A stretch of DNA of 34,989 nt, taken from the sequence record DRR723986_13724. The stretch is one strand, 5' to 3'. A program made the position numbers and the translations under genes. The first letter of the stretch is position 1. Every line of letters begins with the position of its first letter. The notes beneath the pieces were generated by a model, which was not told the DNA's origin, did not search any database, and saw only the letters and a list, made by a program, of their open reading frames with translations. Shown here in pieces: positions 29,653 to 34,989 of this stretch.

Positions 29653-29701
29653 ACGGTCTCGACTTTCGCAAGCCTGCTTGAACGAGCAGGCTCCCCAAAA
29701 A

Positions 29702-29806
29702 CTTATCCTGAGGAAGCGCATAGCGCTGTCTCGAAGGATGGGCCGCATGCTTGTGAGCGTGCTGCCAATCCTCCGAGGCGGACCTCATGGTCCTCCTCAG
29801 GGTGAG
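29702..29806. repeat. REP/REPIN-like palindromic element (CTCATCCTGAGG...CTCGAAGGATG type)
   Basis: Outer inverted repeat CTTATCCTGAGGA/TCCTCAGGGTGAG and inner inverted repeat GTCTCGAAGGAT(29728-39)/ATCCTCCGAGGC(29768-79), each with 2 mismatches; lies between convergent cpdB and dksA. Confidence 0.75.
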
Positions 29807-29846
29807 GCGTGCGGGCGGTCGGCATGGGAAAGCAGTCAACAGACAT

Positions 29847-29873
29847 AAAAAAACCTTCCCACGAGGGGAAGGT
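29847..29873 (-). terminator. Rho-independent terminator of dksA
   Basis: Stem ACCTTCCC/GGGAAGGT with a 5-nt loop and a T-run on the minus strand, about 57 bp after the dksA stop. Confidence 0.8.
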
Positions 29874-29929
29874 CTTGAAAGTCGTTACGGATCTGCCGTC
29901 TGTGCGGCAAACCGGCCGTTTTCTGGAAA

Positions 29930-30346
29930 TCAGTCGTCGCGATACACTTTTTCCCGACGCTCGTGGGCTTCCTGAGCCTCGATCGACAAAGTCGCGATCG
30001 GGCGCGCCTCGAGGCGCCGAAGAGAGATCGGCTCACCGGTCTCTTCGCAATAGCCATAGCTTCCGTCTGTAATGCGTTCCAAGGCATCATCGATCTTCGA
30101 GATCAGTTTCCGCTGACGGTCCCTGGCGCGAAGTTCAATGGACCGATCCGTTTCGGACGACGCACGGTCGGCAAAGTCAGGATGGTTCTGGCTTTCCTCC
30201 TGAAGATTGGCGAGGGTTTCCTTGCTTTCCTTCAGGATCTCTTCTTTCCACACAAGCAGCTTGTTCCGAAAGTACTCGCGCTGCCTGTCATTCATGAACG
30301 GCTCGTCTTCCGAGGGTCGATATTCAGACTCAATTTCAACCGTCAT
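29930..30346 (-). CDS. dksA: RNA polymerase-binding protein DksA (single-Cys alphaproteobacterial type)
   Basis: PDFADRAS coiled-coil tip, RDRQRKLISKI, and YGYCEETGEPISLRRLEARPIATLSIEAQ. ATG at 30346 with GGAG upstream. Confidence 0.96.
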   Translation of the reverse strand: MTVEIESEYRPSEDEPFMNDRQREYFRNKLLVWKEEILKESKETLANLQEESQNHPDFADRASSETDRSIELRARDRQRKLISKIDDALERITDGSYGYCEETGEPISLRRLEARPIATLSIEAQEAHERREKVYRDD

Positions 30347-30511
30347 CGATAGCTCCGGATTACCGTTATGCCGGGCGCAATATATAGGCGGTTCCGCCAG
30401 CGGACAACGGTTCATTTGCTAAAAATGGCGTCAAGGAAAGTTTATACCTTTCAAGACGTTGCGTAAATTTTGAACACTAAGCCGACAAATTTTATCGATT
30501 TGTGTGCACGC

Positions 30512-30931
30512 TCAATCCTGGAATCGGCCGAGCTTTGCAAGCTCGACTTTGACCCGCAATTCGATCTCCTCGAGCACCGAATCAACCTCAGGATCACCAC
30601 TCGACTGGCGTTTGGAAACCTGCCTGGCGAGCAGCTCCAGCCGATCCTCCGACACGTGTCCGGCAAGCAGATCCGCCCGCACCGACTCCAGTGTGTCCAG
30701 CAGATTGTGCCCGTGCTTGGTGGCGCGGGATCGGCGCTCGGCGCGGTCGTCAACCTCCTGCAGGGCCAGCAAGGCATCCATGCCCTGAATGGACGCACCG
30801 CCCGCGGTCTGGGAAGACTGTGAAACCTCACCCCCAAGGTCCGGTGCGAACTGGTCGCCGTTTGAAGAAACGCTTTTCTTGGCGCCTCGTCCCTGAACGC
30901 CGGAAATGGGTTTATTGCCTGTAATACGCAT
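30512..30931 (-). CDS. fliX: flagellar trans-acting factor FliX
   Basis: MDALLALQ...G(H)NLLDTLE...LL.G...VLEEIELRVKVELAK signature; dksA-fliX/flgI divergent synteny; ATG at 30931. Confidence 0.9.
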   Translation of the reverse strand: MRITGNKPISGVQGRGAKKSVSSNGDQFAPDLGGEVSQSSQTAGGASIQGMDALLALQEVDDRAERRSRATKHGHNLLDTLESVRADLLAGHVSEDRLELLARQVSKRQSSGDPEVDSVLEEIELRVKVELAKLGRFQD

Positions 30932-30985
30932 GATCGATCTTCCAGTCGGACTGACGGCAATTCTGGCGCATGGAGTGGCTCTGCC

Positions 30986-31041
30986 CGTCAGATTCTGCCG
31001 AGAAGGGTAAATGAGTCCTTGGGGGTGAGGCAATATTTGCC
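30986..31041. promoter_or_regulatory. pair of ftr-like (putative FlbD) palindromes in the fliX/flgI intergenic region
   Basis: CGTCAG-ATT-CTGCCG (30986-31000) and GGCAA-TAT-TTGCC (31029-31041). Confidence 0.55.
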
Positions 31042-31164
31042 GACCAACAGGTACATTTCTTTAACCTCAAGCGACAGTTTTGCGTGGATATGCTCGTGAT
31101 CATACCAGCAAAGAGCCCGGATTTCCGCCACTTTTATGGAAAGAACCAACGCCTTTGTAAAAAG

Positions 31165-31180
31165 TGGCACGGCTCTCGCA
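31165..31180 (+). promoter_or_regulatory. sigma54 (-24/-12) promoter of the flgI operon
   Basis: TGGCAC-GGCTC-TCGCA with exact GG-N10-GC spacing. Confidence 0.8.
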
Positions 31181-31264
31181 TTGCGCATTTCGAATATATG
31201 TATCCCGGCAGCAAAGCCGGAAACACGATGGCGGGCCAGATCGGTAATGCGAAAAATTGGTGAA

Positions 31265-32389
31265 ATGATCTGCGGAGGGTTCAAGCGGCTGGCACTTCTG
31301 GGTGCTGCCGCCGCCGTTGCTGCGACAACCTTGCTGGCACCGGTACACGCCGCCTCCCGTATCAAGGATATTGCCGATTTCGAAGGCATTCGCGAAAACC
31401 AGCTGATCGGTTACGGCCTCGTGGTCGGCCTGAATGGCACCGGCGACTCGCTCAACAATTCGCCTTTCACGCAGCAGAGCCTGCAGGCCATGCTCGAACG
31501 TCTCGGTGTCAACACCCGCAACATCGACCTGAACACCAACACCGTCGCGGCCGTCATGGTGACTGCCAACCTGCCGCCCTTCTCCACACAGGGTACCCGG
31601 ATCGACGTCAACGTCAGCGCCCTCGGCGATTCAGAATCGCTTCAGGGCGGCACGCTTCTGGTCACACCGCTGGTCGGTGCCGATGGTGAAGTCTACGCTA
31701 TCGCCCAAGGTTCGATCGCGATCGGCGGCTTTTCGGCACAGGCGGATGCCGCGTCGGTTGTTCGCGGTGTCCCCACCGCCGGACGGATCGCCAACGGCGG
31801 CCTTGTTGAACGCGAACTGGAATTCAAGCTGGCTTCGCTGACCACGCTTCGTCTCGCCCTGCGCAATCCGGATCTGACCACCGCGCGGCGCATCGCGCTC
31901 TCCGTCAACGAACTGATCGGCATGCCGACAGCCGAACCGCTTGATCCGGCAACCGTACGCATCGACCTTCCGCAGCAATATGATGGCAACATCGTCGATC
32001 TTCTCACGGACATCGAGCAGCTGATCGTCGAACCGGATCTGGCAGCCCGCATCGTCATCGACGAGAACTCCGGCATCATCGTCATGGGACAGGACGTGAA
32101 GGTTTCCATGGTCGCCGTTGCCCAGGGCAACCTGACCGTGACGATTGCTGAATCTCCGCAGGTCTCGCAGCCGCTGCCTTTCGCAAACGGCCAGACCGCC
32201 GTGGTGCCGCGTTCTGACGTCACCGTGGATGAGGAAGGCTCCAAACTCGCCATCGTTCCGCAGACCGTCACGCTGAAGCAGCTTGTTGATGGTCTGAACG
32301 CCCTCGGGATCGGTCCGCGCGACATGATCTCGATCCTGCAGGCCATCAAGGCCGCAGGTGCCCTCCAGGCCGATATCGAGGTGCTGTGA
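31265..32389 (+). CDS. flgI: flagellar P-ring protein FlgI
   Basis: RIKDIA, NQLIGYGLVVGLNGTGD, SLQGGTLLVTPL and ILQAIKAAGAL motifs. If the sigma54 site is real, the start lies downstream of it (ATG 31247 or 31265), not at 31136. Confidence 0.97.
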   Translation: MICGGFKRLALLGAAAAVAATTLLAPVHAASRIKDIADFEGIRENQLIGYGLVVGLNGTGDSLNNSPFTQQSLQAMLERLGVNTRNIDLNTNTVAAVMVTANLPPFSTQGTRIDVNVSALGDSESLQGGTLLVTPLVGADGEVYAIAQGSIAIGGFSAQADAASVVRGVPTAGRIANGGLVERELEFKLASLTTLRLALRNPDLTTARRIALSVNELIGMPTAEPLDPATVRIDLPQQYDGNIVDLLTDIEQLIVEPDLAARIVIDENSGIIVMGQDVKVSMVAVAQGNLTVTIAESPQVSQPLPFANGQTAVVPRSDVTVDEEGSKLAIVPQTVTLKQLVDGLNALGIGPRDMISILQAIKAAGALQADIEVL

Positions 32390-32700
32390 TGGCCGAGCTT
32401 GTTTCACCGACCTCCTTTCAACAAAGCCCGCTGGACACGCTGCGCGGCGTTGACCGGACCAACAAGACGCGGGTTCGCGAGGCCGCCGAAGAGTTTGAGG
32501 CCGTTTTCCTGAACACCATGCTCCAGAACATGTTCACCGGCCTTGAGAACGGCGGCACCTGGGGCAAAGGCCACGGGGCGGATGCCTGGCAGAGCCTTCT
32601 GGTCGACGAATATGCACGCAACATCGCCCAAACAGGCGGCATCGGCCTTGCCGACAGCGTGGAACGTGAACTGCTCGCATTGCAGGAGGGGTCAAGATGA
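32389..32700 (+). CDS. flgJ: short rod-binding FlgJ (no muramidase domain)
   Basis: AAEEFEAVFLNTMLQNM...GGIGLAD rod-binding motif; only about 103 aa; coupled to flgI. Confidence 0.88.
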   Translation: MAELVSPTSFQQSPLDTLRGVDRTNKTRVREAAEEFEAVFLNTMLQNMFTGLENGGTWGKGHGADAWQSLLVDEYARNIAQTGGIGLADSVERELLALQEGSR

Positions 32701-33191
32701 CCGCACAACCCAACGCATCCACCTTTCCGTTTTCCCTTGAGCGGCCTACCAGCCAGCAGGAAGCCGAGCAGTTTTGCTCTGCCTTGTCCGGCACCATGGA
32801 AGCCCTCCTGTCCGTGATCGAAATGGAAACCGATCTGGTCAGGGCCGGTAAACTCCGGGAAGCCGGCGAGCTGCAGCCCGACAAGGCCCGGCTGATCCAC
32901 GAATACACCCGCGGCATGATGACAGCGAAGGAACACGCGGTCGCCCTGGGCAATCTTTCCCCGGCATCCACCCAGTCGCTGCGTCGCCAGCACAGCGAAT
33001 TCCAGCCGGTTCTGCGCATCAACCTGGCGGTGCTTTCAACGGCAAGAGACGTTGCCAATAACATCGTTGCAACCGTCGCGAAGGTCGCCGGTGCCAAGAA
33101 TGCCAATGCACCGACCACCTACGGACGAAACGGTTCTGCGCCAACCGGACCGCAATCCGCTCGGGGCATCGCTGTCAATCAGTCGCTCTGA
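32697..33191 (+). CDS. FlgN-like flagellar export chaperone (FlbY position)
   Basis: Helical; IEMETDLVRAG...K, INLAVL, C-terminal TTYGRNG and VNQSL, all typical of alphaproteobacterial FlgN-like proteins; ATGA-coupled to flgJ. Confidence 0.7.
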   Translation: MTAQPNASTFPFSLERPTSQQEAEQFCSALSGTMEALLSVIEMETDLVRAGKLREAGELQPDKARLIHEYTRGMMTAKEHAVALGNLSPASTQSLRRQHSEFQPVLRINLAVLSTARDVANNIVATVAKVAGAKNANAPTTYGRNGSAPTGPQSARGIAVNQSL

Positions 33192-33238
33192 TGATTGCTG
33201 ACAGCTAGCAAGAACCACGCCGGGTATCCTGTAACGAT

Positions 33239-33264
33239 GAAAAGCTCCCCGCCGGGAGCTTTTC
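33239..33264 (+). terminator. Rho-independent terminator after the flgI operon
   Basis: GAAAAGCTCCC-CGCC-GGGAGCTTTTC perfect 11-bp stem. Confidence 0.75.
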
Positions 33265-33388
33265 GTGTATTTATCCCCCTCGCGAAACCTGCCCAGAGGT
33301 TTCCCCGAACGGCAGGACGGGACTGCGAGAGCGAATCAGGAACAGGTGCAACCGGATAGATCGCAATCCTTAAAAGTCTAATCATTCC

Positions 33389-33404
33389 GTTAACAGACGA
33401 TTCA
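33389..33404. promoter_or_regulatory. near-consensus CtrA box upstream of the flaG-like gene
   Basis: GTTAA-CAGACGA-TTCA; overlaps GATTC at 33399-33403. Confidence 0.5.
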
Positions 33405-33465
33405 TTCCCTTACGTTATCTTTCCAGATTGATCGGGTAAAAGTTGTTAGTCACCCGGAGGAAAAG

Positions 33466-33861
33466 ATGTTGGACACGGGATTGGCCCGGCCGCCATCGCC
33501 GACATATACGGCGATTACGCCGGTAGCGCGGGCTCCGGAGCGCAATGCTCCTTCAGTTGAGACGGACCTTCCGGTCGAAGAGACCGTAAGACCATCTACC
33601 GAGACGCAAAACGCACAGCGCAGTGCGAACAACGAGCGCGACCAGCGTTCCTTTGGCGAACGGTTTTCTTCCACGGTCGAACGCCAGAACATCATCGACC
33701 CGGAATATGATGCCCTGGTCTATGTCGCGACCAATACCGAAACCGGTCAGGTCGTCCGGCAGATACCTGCAGAGACATTGCTTCGTCTGCGGGCGTACAA
33801 CGAGTCGATAGAAACCCGGCAAACCCAGCCTCAGGCAGAACCGGTTCAACGCGTTATCTGA
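33466..33861 (+). CDS. FlaG-like flagellar protein
   Basis: C-terminal VYVATNTETGQVVRQIPAETLLRL resembles the FlaG motif; strong GGAGG ribosome-binding site; lies upstream of flagellin. Confidence 0.7.
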   Translation: MLDTGLARPPSPTYTAITPVARAPERNAPSVETDLPVEETVRPSTETQNAQRSANNERDQRSFGERFSSTVERQNIIDPEYDALVYVATNTETGQVVRQIPAETLLRLRAYNESIETRQTQPQAEPVQRVI

Positions 33862-34363
33862 TCAGGCGCAGCCATCCACATACCTTGCCCGTTTCCCGAC
33901 GGCGCCCGGCTTTGCTGTGACCTTGGTAATCCCCTGTCTGCTCGACTTTCCCCAATCCCCTCCCGCAGGTTTGCTGCCCTCCTCCAGCGACGCCTTCAGC
34001 TTCGCCCCCACACGGTCTTTGAACTGATCGCTTGCAGCCTCCTCACGCCCCCCCCCCTGACGCTTGCTCTATAAAGCTGCTGGCAAACCCCGCGTGCAAT
34101 CGGCCCGGCGCGTCTTGCCGGCGCATCTGTCTATCGTCCTCGATTTCGGCACCTTCACCTGCCTCGTTCCGCACACGAGTTAACAAATCCGTCAGGTTTC
34201 AGACAAGTCGACCGCCCTTAGGGGAAATTTGCGCTGCCCGAGCACCTGGCGAGAGGCATTCTTCAAGCTTTCGCTGGTCCCCGTTAAGATCTTTACTCAG
34301 CTAAAATTTATCTTTCAAAACAATATACTCAACTTTTTCTGGCAATGATTTTAGTTGCTCGGC

Positions 34364-34397
34364 TTAGGGGGCTGTTAAGGTTAATTTACGCTAACCA
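34364..34397. promoter_or_regulatory. CtrA-like site array upstream of flagellin
   Basis: In-phase TTAG-N7-TTAA-N7-TTAC (34364-34389), plus TTAA at 34381 and CTAACCA at 34391. Confidence 0.55.
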
Positions 34398-34491
34398 TCT
34401 TTGTTTAGAACTTCTTACAAGAAAGCGCCGATAGATGTCCCTCGGACCCAGGAAGGGTCCTCGTATCTTGTACTCCTAGAAAGGACACAAA

Positions 34492-34989
34492 ATGGCCGAC
34501 ATTACTCTGTCGAGCGCGGTTCGCGCGAACCTCAACACCCTTCAGTCCACCGCACAGTTCATGTCGGACGTCCAGAACAAACTGGCGACCGGTAAAAAGG
34601 TGAACTCCGCTCTGGACAATCCGAACAGCTTCTTCACGGCTTCCGGCCTGACCTCCCGTGCAAACGACCTGTCCACTCTTCTGGACGACATGGGCCAGTC
34701 CACGCAGACCCTGAAGGCAGCCGACCAGGGTATTTCGAGCATCACCAAGCTCGTTGAATCTGCAAAAGCAAAGGCCAACCAGGCCCTGCAGACCCAGAGC
34801 CAGTACGAGCGCAAGCAGTTTGCTGCTCAGTACAACGACCTGCTGACACAGATCGAAGATCTGGCGAAGGACTCCGGTTATAAAGGCAAGAACCTGCTTG
34901 CAGGTGAAGGCAACGACCTGAGAACCATCTTCAACGAAGACTCCACTTCGAAGCTCGACATTGAAGCTGTTGACTACACCGACACCGCA
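34492..34989 (+). CDS. fliC: flagellin, 5' part (runs off the window)
   Basis: Manual translation gives MADITLSSAVRANLNTLQSTAQFMSDVQNKLATGKKVNSALDNPNSFF...DSGYKGKNLL, open for 166 codons to the window edge; AAGGA ribosome-binding site. Confidence 0.96.
   Translation, partial: MADITLSSAVRANLNTLQSTAQFMSDVQNKLATGKKVNSALDNPNSFFTASGLTSRANDLSTLLDDMGQSTQTLKAADQGISSITKLVESAKAKANQALQTQSQYERKQFAAQYNDLLTQIEDLAKDSGYKGKNLLAGEGNDLRTIFNEDSTSKLDIEAVDYTDTA

Noticed and set aside
31136-31246. N-terminal extension of FlgI in the ORF track
   Set aside because: It overlaps the sigma54 promoter at 31165-31180, and the signal peptide begins after it.
34032-34304. 90-aa ORF in the flaG-flagellin spacer
   Set aside because: TTG start without a ribosome-binding site, no motifs, and atypical composition.
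34340-34358. TGGCAATGATTTTAGTTGC as a flagellin sigma54 promoter
   Set aside because: There is no GC at the strict -12 position.

Overview
High-GC alphaproteobacterial chromosomal segment (Hyphomicrobiales-like; Roseibium/Labrenzia-type is my inference) dominated by a Caulobacter/Bradyrhizobium-style polar flagellum cluster. Gene order, left to right: acyltransferase and YqaA-like membrane gene (+); chrA, cupin, cckA-flhB-fliR-fliQ-fliE-flgC-flgB (-); an unusually long fliO-like gene, fliP and a DUF2336-like gene (+); an alpha/beta hydrolase, a 1429-aa secreted TPR protein, motE, a PflI-like gene, fliM and fliL (-); flgF-flgG-flgA-flgH, an NAD(P)H oxidoreductase, an MltB-type lytic transglycosylase and cpdB (+); dksA-fliX (-); flgI, short flgJ, flgN-like, flaG-like and the 5' part of a flagellin (+, missed by the ORF track because it runs off the window). 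The intergenic regions show CtrA boxes, two sigma54 -24/-12 promoters, a recurring GGCAA-N3-TTGCC palindrome (FlbD ftr-like), GANTC sites, terminators and two ~105-125 bp REP/REPIN-like palindromic elements. I saw no rRNA, tRNA, CRISPR array, transposase or phage gene. Most of the window is known biology. The best candidates for something under-described are the PflI-like/MotE/giant-TPR periplasmic motor module, the 619-aa FliO with a long disordered tail, and the tandem Trp-motif repeats at the FliM N-terminus. All family calls come from motif recognition and synteny, not from database searches.
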